Source of the DNA: Rhizodiscina lignyota
Taxonomy: Eukaryota
Direction: 5' to 3'
Assembly (NCBI GenBank): GCA_010015805.1
Contig: ML978122.1
Span: 2,824,453 to 2,888,452 of the forward strand
DNA length: 64,000 nucleotides
The notes under the pieces were generated by a model. The model was not told where the DNA came from and did not search any database. It saw only the letters and a program-made list of their open reading frames with translations. The first letter of the stretch is position 1. Each line of letters begins with the position of its first letter. Below are positions 1-12,588 of the stretch, piece after piece. The translations under genes were made by a program, and so were the position numbers.

Positions 1-1265
1 CCTCGCATCTTCGTCTATTTCGTCGCGTGTTGCTAGTGCACCAGAATCCAGATTCAGTCCGAGGTCACAGGCCATTCGGAAGCTCATCCCTGAGTACACC
101 CAGCCTTTAGCTTCTCTCCCACACCCAGCCTCCCTCACAGACATCAAAGCAAGCGCTTGCACTGTCGGAAGGGATGGCTTCTCATGCTCGTCATTCTCCA
201 AGATAAGCCGTTTTGCCTCTCTGAAGAAATGTTCTCCGGCTGTAGCAGAGTCGTCCGGATCTGACCTAGCACTTGGACGTGCTGTGAAATGGCATCCCAA
301 AGCGCACATCGCGTTGACAAGGAGAGGTGTGCAATACTTTCGTCCATTTCCAGATGGCGGATTGCCGAGCATGAAGTCTCTGAAGAATAGTGATTTGGAA
401 AGCGTCGTGAAATATGCGTAATGCCAGGTGAAATACATGTTAAGCAGATGGGTGACCAGATCCGCTTCGGTCGTAACGGTCGTCCAAGACGTGATGGGAT
501 TCTCCTGCTGCATCTCGTCTATAAAGTCTAACGACATCATCCCCTCGCCCACATCTTCTCCAGCGCTGTGTCCCGCGAATAACAGATGCGAAGTGCCGCC
601 GATATATCTCGTGAAGCCATCTTCCAGTCGTAGTTCACCCATCTTGCCGGACAACTGCTTCTCAAATTCGGGCTTTGTTGACATATCCTCTTCATCTTCG
701 GACGCGAAGTCCTCATCCTCCTCTTCTATGCCAGCTTCCTTGGCAAGTATGCCTTCCGCAACCGTGTCGAGACTCTCGCATGTTCGTATGGATTTTATCA
801 GGTCTGGTACCTCTCCTTCAGGATAATTCAGGATTGCTTGTATGAGTACCTCGAGCGTCGAGTTCCGCGTCTTCAGCTTGTCAATGTCCTTCTTGTACAC
901 TCCCTTCCGCCGATGGTCAGAGTTCGGGTCGTACACGCATTCGGTATTGTATACAGAGGCGCAAGACGAGCACGCAGGCAAGTTACCATCGCACTGGGAT
1001 TCAATATCAGCTTCATGCATACAACCGCGGCGACAATTGCATTGGGATCCGCGCCATTGGGGCATACTTTACTCTTCCGCCGCCGACACGCTATACACGC
1101 GGTACTAACACACCTCCTCTTTGCCGCCTCGTCTGCAGAGACATCCTTTTTCCGATTCCGCACGCGCGCCTTTGGTCTCTGCGCCTGCTCAGGAAGCTGT
1201 GTCGCGGCGTAGCTCTCAGCATTGGTGGCGGGCGGAGCGGGTTGTAGAGGGCTAATGTTGTCCAT
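1..1265 (-). CDS. nirA: Nitrate-assimilation Zn2Cys6 transcription factor NirA/NIT-4; 3' part runs off the window start; intron 994..1067
   Basis: Removing GTATGC...CTGAT...CAG (1067..994) gives KRRCVSTACIACRRRKSK|CDGNLPACSSCASVYNTECVYDPNSDHRRKGVYKKD, which matches the NirA zinc cluster as I recall it. A fungal TF middle region follows (HLLNMYFTWH, TVQALALMSVREAGCGRE, AKGWVYSGMSFRMACDLGL). Confidence 0.92.
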
Positions 1266-2040
1266 TGAGCCTCAGGCTGTTCGAGCAGTAGCCTAGAAGC
1301 ACTCTCAGGTTACTGCGCCATGCCGCGCATCGAATATTTACTTGATGTCCGGGGTCTGGGAGTCAGAAAGGTCTTTAGTCAGGCGCCCGCTCGGTCGTAA
1401 ATCTAGAAGGCGGTCGGTGCCACGGAATTTGTCCGCGGCTTGCTGTTGATTTCAATCTTTGCGGTATTTCTGATCCGAGAAGGATTTGACGTGACTCCCA
1501 AAGCTCACAGAATCAGGATTAAATGAATCTCGAGGTTGAGGTATATTCCTGCTTACAAAAGAACGAAATTGATAGGTGGTGCCCAGCTGAGACGCCAGTG
1601 GTGCCCCCACCTCCGCAGTTATCAGCCCAAAGGGGAAAGGTGTGGAAGATTCATGCATAATCTGTGCAGAACCTCAGATATCTGGCGGATCGGAGATAGA
1701 TCCACTATCTCGCTAACTCGATGGGCAGACAGGGGCAGTTTCGCCGTCATTCTGATGTAGTCTCGTCCATGATGTTAAGAACCAATGTGCCAATGTCGAC
1801 TTGACTGTATTGGGTCTGATTCAATGCAAGTGCATAAGGGCGACAACAATTAGAACGCAAAACTGTATTGATAAGAATTCATAACTGTCTTGTATTCGTA
1901 CTCGTAACTCGTAGTTCATTCATCATAACGAACGTCGGGGGTATCATACCATGCACTATTCTCATGCAATCCCAAGCCACCTGCGCAATGCAATGCCGTC
2001 TTCACATCAACATCTCTGCCACTGCTTCCACATCCGACGA

Positions 2041-3748
2041 CTACGCCAGCAACCTCTTTCTCGCTCTCACGGCCTGCAGAAATGCGCCGTAGCTCCACGT
2101 CAGGTCTCTAGCACCCCGCTCAAAACCGGTCACCGCATCGAATTGCTCGCTCAAAGCTCCCTCCGCATCCGTGTGGATTTTCACGACGTCTAAGAATTCG
2201 TCGCCAATTTCCTTTAATCTCTTGACAGCTGCGTTGTAGACGATTTCGTTTGCAACTCCCAATTGGAGGTCATCCCGATGCCTAGGAAGTAGTGCACGGT
2301 AGAACGGCAATGAGGTGTTGCTGATGTTGAGAGAGGCGGATGACGTGAGGTATGAGGAAGTGCGGTAGAGCGTCTCAGCAACTGTGCAAGTGCACAAGAA
2401 CCACGGATTTCCGCCATCGGTACTAATTCCGTCATATACGTCCTCGGGATAGCGTCCAACGCCTACGCCATGAAGCTCTTCAGATGCATTTTCTTGGACG
2501 CTGTGATTACATTCGTGAGGCACAGACGGCTTAGAAGAGAAATACGAGAACCACTTTGAAATGCGAGAGATCGGCGGGATTCGACTAGTGCGTTGATTGC
2601 CGGGAGATGAGTTTATCGGAAAGCGGTCCCGCTGGTCATTGACAAGGCCGAGAAGAGAGACGAGCACTTCGTCGGAGTGGGGAGGATAGGGGCTCGAATG
2701 TTTTCCTGTGCCATGAATCGCGCCCAGGAGGAGACCACAATCAAGACCAGAGCGGTCACTCGTGAGCGTTTCGACTAGATGGCCCTTCGTGTCGTCCCAG
2801 AAAAGATGCATGAAGCCCTTTAGCTTGTCTGCTTGCTTCTGATACCATTTTGCCGCGCCTTTGTCGCCAAACAAACGTGCCAGTTCAGCGCCTTCTTGGA
2901 GAGCACGGAGCTGTACCATTGCGGTGAAGAAATGTTTACCTTGGACTTCCTCCCAAAGATCAAAGCCTGATTCGCGCCAGGAGTGGGACACATACTCCAG
3001 ATCCGCCTTGATTGTCGAATTTGCTGGCATGCTAGGATAATACAGCCTATCGAACCAGTCCTCCCCCTCCATACTACTCCAGACTTCGGGATGTGTCTCG
3101 TTATATGCTCGCAGATACTGCATGAGTGTTATAGCTCGCAAAGCTGGTCCATCTCGTTGTGGTCGGCCCCAAGACTCTGTATATGGAGAGCCATCCGCCA
3201 TGAACTTTGGCTCTCCAAGCCCTTTGAGGTTGTCAAACGACCCAGACGGGTTGTCAGTATGTTGGAGCCGGTGAGATATCGTGGTAAAGGCATCGAGAAA
3301 CGTAACGAGGTCGGAAGAGAGGTCCGAGGAAGGATCATCGCGGTACAGGTCTACAATGGTAGAGGCAGTTATTGAGCCGTCTCGCACCCCTGGAGCTATG
3401 TCAGTGATATTTTGGACCTAGTGAATTAAGGAGGCACGTACATTGGTAATAGTAATTTGGCTGCCCTGGCTGTCCCCTCGATGGACTTGCTATGACAGCC
3501 CCTGGAGCAGCATCTTCCGCATTTCTGCCAATTGGTGCGAGGTTCGCGATGAGTCTCTGAACTGCTATTTGCTCTTCCCTCTCCAGCCAGCCATCGAGCC
3601 CCGGATCTGAAAGGTAAGAGGTGAACTTCGAGGTATAGGTCCGCAACGGTTTTTGGGTGCTAGGATTGTAGGTTATAGGAGGAATGAATATACTCGAGAC
3701 GTTAGGAAGGAGATGCGCCACAAAGAGAAACCACCCTAAAGACTTCAT
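2041..3748 (-). CDS. Secreted glucoamylase, GH15, no CBM20; intron 3390..3441
   Basis: Signal peptide MKSLGWFLFVAHLL. Motifs PGAVIASPS, NYYYQ|WVRDG across the splice, LGEPKF, WGRPQRDGPALRA, DLWEE (acid Glu), GRYPEDVY, GNPWFL, LSEQF (base Glu), DLTWSY. Confidence 0.95.
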
Positions 3749-4768
3749 GTCGCTCAGATGATGCTATAAGGAATGCAGCATGAATAGAATCAAGGCATAC
3801 ACGCTCTGCATGCAAAGGTGGAAACAGAGTTGCAAGAAGTAACAAAGGAACGATCCAAACCTAGCCACAGCGGCGCAAAGAGGAAGTGACGATGGAGACA
3901 GTCTCCCAGCCTGGCAACCTGGCACCACTGGCGAATAGATCGAGCGAGCATCGTGGCGGCTGAAAGGATGAGGCCGGAACACAAGCGGGTGACAGGCTGA
4001 CATGGCAAAGTGATGTAAAATTCTGGGTCACACGACGAGATGACGACCAGCCATGCAGGAACGCCACTTGTTTTTCGGCAACGCACCCTTTTTGCGGGGA
4101 GGCCTTATCCTGGTTCTGGGTGCCTGTGCACGTGATGGGCGTCGAGGCCTCCCGAAGCTGCGGGTACACACGTACCGACATCTGAGTGCCTATGCTTCTC
4201 ACCTCCAACTCTCTAATGAATAAACAATAACAAGATGTAAAGTCGAAATCGTTCAAACATGGCAAGCCTCCGGTCGTAGGATGGACCTTCTACTAGGCTG
4301 ACTCCTGCTCCAAGTTGCCGGTAGCTTCGAACGATTCAAAGAGATGCCGACTTTGGTCAATCCTCATGTAATTGAAAACTCAGTCAACTTGAGATTTTCG
4401 TAAAGCGCCGTCTAGGCTGTAGCGGTTAAACAAGCAGCCTTCTACTTTCAAGGGGAGAATTAGCTGATGTACCGAATTCTTTTAAGATGTTCCAATTGGT
4501 CTTTCGATTTCCAACGGCTCATGATTGATGACCGTTGGAAATCAATTATGAGCGCGACGAAACCGTTTGATACTGTATCATCTGCATCTTCTCTATTTCC
4601 ATTCGTCGGTGTTCTCAAGCCAAGGTACCTGAGTATAGAAGTCCTTTTCACACCTGTTTTCACTTTAAATTCTGAGTCGTGCTTCTCCTCTCTTCACATC
4701 TTCCAGTTGTCCGTCCTCATACTTTGCTATCAAAATCCCCTATCAAGAGCTTCGCGATATTCTCCAAA

Positions 4769-5650
4769 ATGGATTCAGCACGTACACCTTCTCAAATGCA
4801 TTGTGGACATCTCCCAGTTCAAATGCCGTCTGTTAACAAATCATCTTATCTTAACCGGAAGAGAGTGGGCTCGGTCGACGATGTTGCGGACATCATTGAC
4901 GAGCTCTGCTCAAATCGCAAAGCGGATAGTTCCTGCGATCCCATCATCATTTCATTGCATACTGTCGGCGGCGGCTCCCCTGGAGGACCGACCGAGATAG
5001 GTATTTCACTGCTGGATTCGCGCACCTTGAAAGGGTCGCTTCCTTCTCATCAACATCCGCTCGTCACAACATACAACTACACCTTGCGCTCCCGCGAAGA
5101 CGTCAGCCGCGCACAGAAGAGGGTATTGCCTGGTGGGATGTGCCGTACCATCCGCACGTATGTTTCGCAACTACTGGGCCACGTCTTTCACTATGGTTTG
5201 TCTGGAGAGGCATCACCCTGCGGATGTAAAACCTTCCGTTCTTTCGAGCCCCGAGGTTCTGGAGAAGGTAATCATTGCGGCCCTACAGATCAAGCATTAA
5301 GCATAGATCTTCGTTACATTACCTCCCGTCCGATCATTCTGGTTGGACACGCAATTCACAATCATATTGCGGCGTTGACGTCAACTGGGTGGGATCCAAC
5401 AGATGTTCTGATCTCAGCTATCATTGACACCCAGCAGATAGCGGCATTTCCCTATGGCAACGGTATCTCGCTGGACAACTTGCTACACCGCCTCGACATC
5501 TTCCCGCTAAAGATGCAGCAGCACAGGCCCGCAGATGACGCAACATTCACGTTCATAGCGGCACTTCGACTTGCGGCGAAGGAGATGAGGGGGGAGAACA
5601 GGCAAAAGATCTCTGACATTGTCGATCGTAGCAATGAAATTAAAGAGTAA
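4769..5650 (+). CDS. Gfd2/YDR514C/QIP-like DEDDh exonuclease-fold protein, active site apparently degenerate
   Basis: First ATG at 4769. Motifs TEIGISLLDSR, IILVGHA, IIDTQQIA, SLDNLLHRLDI and HRPADDATFT follow the order I recall for this family. Confidence 0.65.
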   Translation: MDSARTPSQMHCGHLPVQMPSVNKSSYLNRKRVGSVDDVADIIDELCSNRKADSSCDPIIISLHTVGGGSPGGPTEIGISLLDSRTLKGSLPSHQHPLVTTYNYTLRSREDVSRAQKRVLPGGMCRTIRTYVSQLLGHVFHYGLSGEASPCGCKTFRSFEPRGSGEGNHCGPTDQALSIDLRYITSRPIILVGHAIHNHIAALTSTGWDPTDVLISAIIDTQQIAAFPYGNGISLDNLLHRLDIFPLKMQQHRPADDATFTFIAALRLAAKEMRGENRQKISDIVDRSNEIKE

Positions 5651-5874
5651 TTGTGGGCAAGTTGGTTAAGGAGTCGAGGGTGATATGGAACTTGTTTTGT
5701 GACTGAGGGACTATGCCGAGTTTGCGGAGGGTCAAAGGAAAAGCTACGGGCAGCAGCATACAACATGTCACACCAACTGTGTCATAGAATTACATATTAC
5801 GAATGCACGTCATTGATTCATTAAAGCTCCGTCGCTGAATGCATGATCACCCCATGAAGACATAATTTATGGTA

Positions 5875-8800
5875 TCATAGTTTACCCTCAGGCCTGTACT
5901 CCGGATCGACCTTGCTCTGCTTGAAAAGACTCTTGCCCCTCAACCACTGCCTGTACGCCTTGTACCTCTTCTTCCCACCATCCTCGATGTTGACCGTGAG
6001 GGGATCATCCCCAATCTCTAAGAACTCCGCAAAATCAGCCACATCTTCCTCGTTCGGCTCCGCTGTATCCTCCATCGTACCAGGGCCACCGGCTCCATTG
6101 GCGTAATCCGCGTAGTCCTGATGCCCTTCTGGCAGCTCGTTGGAAACGACAAGGGGAAGGTTAAGCGGATGCGAGATGTATCGTTCGTATTCGTCCTGTT
6201 CGTCAGTAGTGACCGAGGGATTGAGCGAATTGTTGTAGAACTGGTTGAGTGTCCACTGCGTCATCTGACTCTTGTCTGCTGGAACGAACGTGGACGATGA
6301 TGCGGGCGTTGTTGGCTGACTCGGAATGGTACTTTGATCCGGCTGTGTATCGCGCAGTATACTCTGCTTCACTGGCGACACTTGCCCGGGCACGGGCGCA
6401 GTCAGTGGCTGCGACGGTTCGGAGCTTGCGCGGCTCTCAGATCTGTCTTCTGTAGATGGATCGACAATCGTAACTCCTTTGCGGATAACTTTCTTACCGG
6501 GTGAACCTGGTTCTGGGGGAGGTTTGCGTGGGCGAAATGGACTGAGGTCATAGAAACCCCCGTGGCTGGCTTTTTCAGCCATCAAATGCGGTTGGGAGTT
6601 CTTTCTGAACGAAAAAACTTTGGCAAAGGACGATATTACAGAGGGTCTGTAATATTCCAACCAGTAGTCGTCGTACCGGGGGATAACTGTGTCGATTGGA
6701 TCTGTCTCTGCGCCATTGGCAACAGCCGGAAGTCGCCGGGTTTCAAGAAATTTCGGCGTGAACCAGGTGAAGTAATCACGGCGGTTCAGCATCTGCTCGC
6801 TCCAGTGCCTTGGATCAGTATGATGCAAGTAGTAATCTGACGCCAGATCCCACAGCATCGGTTGCCCTTCAGCGAATATGTAATTTCCCAGGAAAAGGTT
6901 GTAGGCTTCTTGTCTCTGCGAGTCGAGGAAGGAATTGTGGTAGTATCTCTTGAACGACTCTACCATATCCCTGGATTGGCTTTGCCACTGGTTGATCTTG
7001 CGGTAGGTCCCCACCGTGTTGACGAGATGGGAACCGCCATATTGGATTGCGATAGTGTCCCCGTGATTGTGCCACATACGAGTGAATATGTTCACTGCAT
7101 CGGTGTCATATTCAACGGTTTGACCTGTAATGACACCAAGAGTGTGTAACTGTCGACCAAGTGCACGCTTCCCGATTACGAACTGAGCGGCATTTGTTCG
7201 GTCCAGACAGTCAATGCAATTGGTCCTCGCTATTCCGTTCTGTACTAAAGGCTCCTCGTTTATGCCATCACCGTTATGGAAGAAGCTCGTGGTATTGAGG
7301 ACGTCTTCAGCTATGAGCTCTAGTGTACCAATGACATCCTGACCGCGTGTTTTCGACGCTCTGCTCATGTCAAACGCCCGATAGAGGATCTGCTTGTCAG
7401 AAGGAAGCGACTGATTGAGATAGTCAATAGCTGCCCGGTATTCGTGGAGCAGTTTCGACTCTCTCGGCGTCCGTTCACGTGCCTTGATGAGGTTGACGAC
7501 ATAGATTGGTGCGCCGTAACGATCGAAGAGATTGTCAAAGTGCAAGGCGGCCGCGCTGTAGAAGGGATCGTTCAGGTTGATCTCGATATCCGGTTTTGGG
7601 CTGACTCCGCTGTTATCTTGTGTCCAAAAGAGGGGTATGCTTCCGCGATGCTGTATGTACGATGTGTATGTGGGGCTTGCGAAGAGCCTTGGACCAGGTG
7701 CATGGAAGGAAGTTGTCAACAGGTCTGACACAATCTGTTCAGTTTCAACGTCATTTGCGACGTAACCAAGGTCGTTTGTCCCTCTTTTCAGGAATCGTGC
7801 ACCTGCGAAGAACCTGGAGCGTCTTGCGATGACAGTCAGATAAATCTTTCTTCCAAAGATATCAATTGGAGCCTGATCAATGAAGCCATGTATAATTGGT
7901 AGGCACCAATCATATGTATTGCGAAGCACTCCCTGGGCTGGCTGGAGAAGATAATGATTCCAGACAAACATATCATTGAGATCAGGGGTCGCGCTCCGAA
8001 ATCCAGAGTTCAGCGCTTCCCTTTCTCGGATGATGTTCTGCTGCAGCGTCCGAGTGATGTTGTACGAATAGCTGAAATAGAAGAAATGGTCGAGGTCAAG
8101 GTGACTCAGTATACTTAGGTATCGCGTCTCTTCGGGGTTGCGATCACGCACAAACCGCGAACTCGATCCAGTCGTGATGGGCACAAGTTCTGTGCCTTCA
8201 ATCTGGTAGATGAAGTGCCCACCAATCAAAGCGACTTGAGTACGCTTCGTAATGACGAGCATGTAGTATGCTTCCGTGAAGCGGATGAATCCTAGCACTC
8301 CCCAAGTGCTGCATTTCAGCTTCAAGCCTCCAGATGCTTTGTTGCCATCATCGATGGCGTTGAGAAGTTGGTTCATCTCACGCTTATTGTAAACGATATC
8401 ATCTTCAAAGATGTCTAGATTTTCCGGCGGCGAGGTACGGTCAATCTTCAAAACTCTGAACTGCTTGTCCGCCATATCCGCACCGACCAGGTAAAACTTG
8501 GTGCTCGTCTCATACAGGGAGAACCTGTGCATCCTGTTGATGCCTTGATCCCCGACCTTCTCATACTCTGCAGTCCGATAGCGTTGCATGGTCGTTGGGC
8601 TTTGAGAGCGCTGGAAGCTCTTCGGCTCAGGCGGCTCTTCATCTTCGTCGCCTTCCGGTTCGAACGAGCCGACTTGTTCAGGTTCTGCTATCGTGGTGCT
8701 CGTGCTTCGAACTTCAAGTACAGGAACTGGCTCCGGATCTGCTTGCGATGCTCGTTCGTCTTTTCCAGTGGATTCTCCCAGCACAGAAGCTTCTCCACGT

Positions 8801-8978
8801 GATGATGTCTCACTCCTTTTAGGCAGGTCCGTGGAGTTGGAGGGTAAGACGTCCTGCTCTTGGTGTGTGGCACCGTCAAGCTTCTCCATCGTGGGGATTT
8901 GTGTTTTCACCTTTCGGGCAATACCAATGTTAGACCGCACAGCAGGCGTTGAGCATTCACCCGATCGTCCAGCTGCAT
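5875..8978 (-). CDS. FIG4: Polyphosphoinositide phosphatase Fig4 (Sac domain); probable 18-nt first exon 8978..8961 and intron 8911..8960; alternative start at the ATG near 8889
   Basis: About 1000-aa ORF with ARRSRFFAGARFLKRG, VANDVETEQI, QHRGSIPLFWTQ and the catalytic CX5RT in RTNCIDCLDRTNAAQ. The upstream ATG joins in frame through GTGAAT...CTAAC...AAG. Confidence 0.95.
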
Positions 8979-10414
8979 AGCTCCAAGAAAGGGTCGGGCA
9001 CTATGCTCTGGAACTTCGATGAGCAAACGGTAGTGAAAATGGCTTGCCGAAGGCTGCTGAACTTTCTAGGATAGATGACAATTGTTTCGTCTAGCAGCAA
9101 AGTCGGTTAGCAGTTAGCATCTGCAGATCCATCATACTTGTTGTCTGCTCCGGCTGGAAGTGCGGCCGGACTTCGGGCAGCAGCAGAACCGCGGCACCCC
9201 CAAATGCAATCCTCAGGCGTGAAGGCATCTTTTCAGTCTTGTGTTCATTGCCTTACCGTACTCGACAAATTATGTTCACTTAGTTGAGCTATGTTAAGTC
9301 GTACTGCGTTCAGCTAGGGTTTCTCTAGTGTTCCAATAATTTCTGACGGATTCCTTATACATTTACTGCATTGTTGTCTTTTTCTGGTAACAAATCTCCC
9401 AATCCATGCCATCCCGTTGCACCGAGCCGCTCAGGAGCTCTTCACCGACGGAAAAATCCATGTGGCAAATTTCAGCTCGAGTCCGTTGCTTTTCATCACC
9501 GTAGTGGTTGCCTCTTGCCGCCGAGGCAGAAAAGCAATCTTGCGTGCGGTGTATGCGTGACGAGACGCACACGAACGCCTCGAGTGTCGCAGCTTGGTGT
9601 TGCGGCCACCCTCCGGATAAAGCTGGGATAAATGCTACGCTCGGCCAAACGGCGCTCATCCAATCTTGTCTCCATGGGGAATTATCGTGCATATTCGCCC
9701 AATATATGTCAAGCAGAGCCGGTGGGATGCTGAGCTAATTCTGGGGAAGTGTGGGCAAACGGCCAAGTCCGGTGATAATGGAGGGTGCAGAAATGCCTCG
9801 CGGTAGACGAATGAATCCAGCCCCAGCACCCTGGTCAGCGGTCGCTCGCTTCGACCACTGCTCTGGATAGTGGACTTGAGTTTTCGCGATGCCTGTTGCC
9901 CAACCATGCTCGTACTCCATCTCCTGACCCGCTCCCACAGCGCTACCAACGGTCTAGCGAAATTCTGTAGCTGGATGACACGAGCTGTAGATACCCTTGT
10001 TATCCCTCACCAAAGCACCATTAGCATTCGACGGTCTAAGGACCATCGATACGGGCCGAGGCGAGAAAATTTGCTTTGGCCCAGGCGCCGTGGATGGCTT
10101 GGTTCGCGTAACTAAGGGTCGTAAATTCGGGGATGCGGGGAAAGATGTGCATCAAACGCCGCCACGCCGGACAACCTACTCAATGCAGAGCGCCTGCGTG
10201 CTTCACTGCACTCAGCCGCTAGACAATATAGCCAAGCCATTTCCCGTACCTCTTCTCTTCTCCTCTTGTTTGCGCTTCTGGGCGGTCGCGGCGGTGTTGT
10301 CCATGTCTTTTGTGCGCGAAACCGCGCCCTCTGCGCTGCACATTCGAAATCGATATCCCAACGTTCGTGATAGATGACGTGCACCGACTCAACGGAACTC
10401 GAGGGAAAGCAACG

Positions 10415-11515
10415 ATGGCTCCAACGACCAAATCTGTCGAGTTCGCGCGACGCGCCATGGAGGAAATCGGGAAACCGACGAATCCTCACGGGCTGGTTCT
10501 GGAGGCGTGGGCACAGGGCTACATGGTCGGCAGCCTGATTATCATGGCTGCGATTGCAGTTGCAAATATGAGAAAAGGCGTCATACTCCACAAACTCATT
10601 CTGATCGAGGTGCGGCGGCCAAACTGGATCTTAGGACTTATGGTGCACTAACTTTAAGCTTAATATAGCTGCTGCTCGGTACCTTTCACGGAACCTTTAT
10701 CTTTACTGACGCGCCGGTGTACGGCTGGTATCTGAGCACCACGGCAATCTTCCTCAACATGTCATGGAGCTTGCACAATGTGATTTCGTGGATCAAGAAC
10801 AAACCCTTTTTGAGCAAGAGAGTCAGCTATATCTACATCGGAACGGTAATACTAGCTCAGCCATACTGGGTTGTCGAGATCTACGCAAATTTCACCTACT
10901 TCAACAACATCAACGACATCTTCACCAAAACTCGACCTGTAGAGGCCGTATTCCGGTTCGTAGAGCGGAAGCCCCTGGCCGGCCCCCCTGCTGAATTGCT
11001 GACCATATCTTAGTGACCCATGGTGGATATTTACAACAGTTTCGCTCTTCTGGAATATCAAAGTCCGCTACGAGCTCGGCATCATCGAGATTATACGTCT
11101 GTCCCCAAGGTTTGGCGTCCTCCTCGCGGCAATGCTTCTCTCAGTTTGCTTCATTGTCGTCGATATCGTGGCAGTAACTGGCGTCTTCAACAACAACGCC
11201 CTCCCTGATGGCATCAACCCATTCTGGAAGCTGGCCTTCGTTTTCAAGTGTCTTACTGATACCATCATTCTGGACGACTTCAAGACTGCGCTCGACCGTC
11301 TTACTGACGCGAAACTACAACGTTTGGACAGCTTCAACACTGGTAGCTTTAAAAACGACCCTCTGGCCTCTCCAAGTCTACGGGCGCCCCCGCTAGGCCA
11401 CATCCAACACGTAGAAGGCAGCGAGATGGGGGAGTCCTCTCTCGCAAATGGAAACAATTTGTCATTCCAAGATGCGCTGCGTATGCAGGACAGCACAGAA
11501 CTAGCGGCAAAGTAA
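10415..11515 (+). CDS. Fungal multi-pass (about 6-7 TM) membrane protein of unknown function; introns 10610..10668 and 10956..11013
   Basis: Three ORF pieces join in frame through GT-AG introns with CTAAC/CTGAC branch sites (HKLILIE|LLLG, EAVFR|DPWWIF). Repeated hydrophobic helices precede a hydrophilic C-terminal tail. Confidence 0.8.
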
Positions 11516-12588
11516 TACAGTCTCTTGTTCACTGAACGACGTATTAGCGTTCCTGGCATTGACTTGGGTTTGTTTACGAAGATATGACTCTACGAAACGA
11601 TCCATCATCATAACGAACGATGAGTGGAGCTCCAGCACGCTGCGAGACTCCCCCGCGACGACGATGCCAAGACCGAGCATAGCGATGGACAGGCGGGCTT
11701 CAGAGGCAGTGAGGCTTGCAGAAGAGAGACAGAAGCTTCAGAGATGGTGGAGTTAGAGAAGGTTCTTGCTCTGTCTAGGACTTGTAGGTCATCACCTGCG
11801 GGGTTCTCGATGCGGGTAGTTGCATATTGGGGCGAACCCTGTATCCTGAGACCTTCCGCGAGACAACAAGCTGGAGCTTGACGTCTCTCCAAATGAAAAT
11901 GGGTGATTCAAGAGGCGTAGAGGTTATTCTGGATACCAGACGACCCCGTCCGTTTGTGCTTTCCCATAGCATGGCTCATTCAGGATTTTGAGACATGAAA
12001 CAATTCATCAACTCACTTTGTTCTTCCCCATTAACGCTTCGCTCACCCAGGCCGTGTATTTCTCCGCTCCGATTCCGCCCCGAGAATAAAGCCGGCGATG
12101 GTGGTGATTCAGAGTTCTGAAAATCCACTACAGGCAGCAACACGGCTGCAGCCTTGGCGCTATCAAAAACCTATTTCACCCCTCACCTGCACCTGGCACA
12201 CTCTCCAACACTTTTCTTCACGGAACACCTCAAACAATGACGTGATTCTTGCTTTCATAAATTCATTTCCTCAACGTCAGTGTCTCTTGCTTCTTTCACC
12301 AACCAACTACCAGGTGGTTGCTCTCTTGCTTCGACGTCTTGCTCAGCCTTGCACGTTGCTTCAAACACCACAGGCCAGCTTCCGTTCTTCCGTTCTACGA
12401 ACGTTGGAAGGAGCTGAACATTATCGCTCCCGTCGTGTTGAACAGATCGATTTCACGTTTCACGTTTCACATCCTCACGGCCGGCATCGGAGACGCCTTA
12501 ACGGCATACTCTACCTTGAGTACGCTGCAAGCCATTCACTACAGTTGCTTTTAACTCTTACGGAAGCGTTTCTGATCTAGTCCAAATC

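Noticed and set aside
428..1212. Plus-strand ORFs of 132, 124 and 88 aa
   Set aside because: Antisense shadows of the spliced nirA gene.
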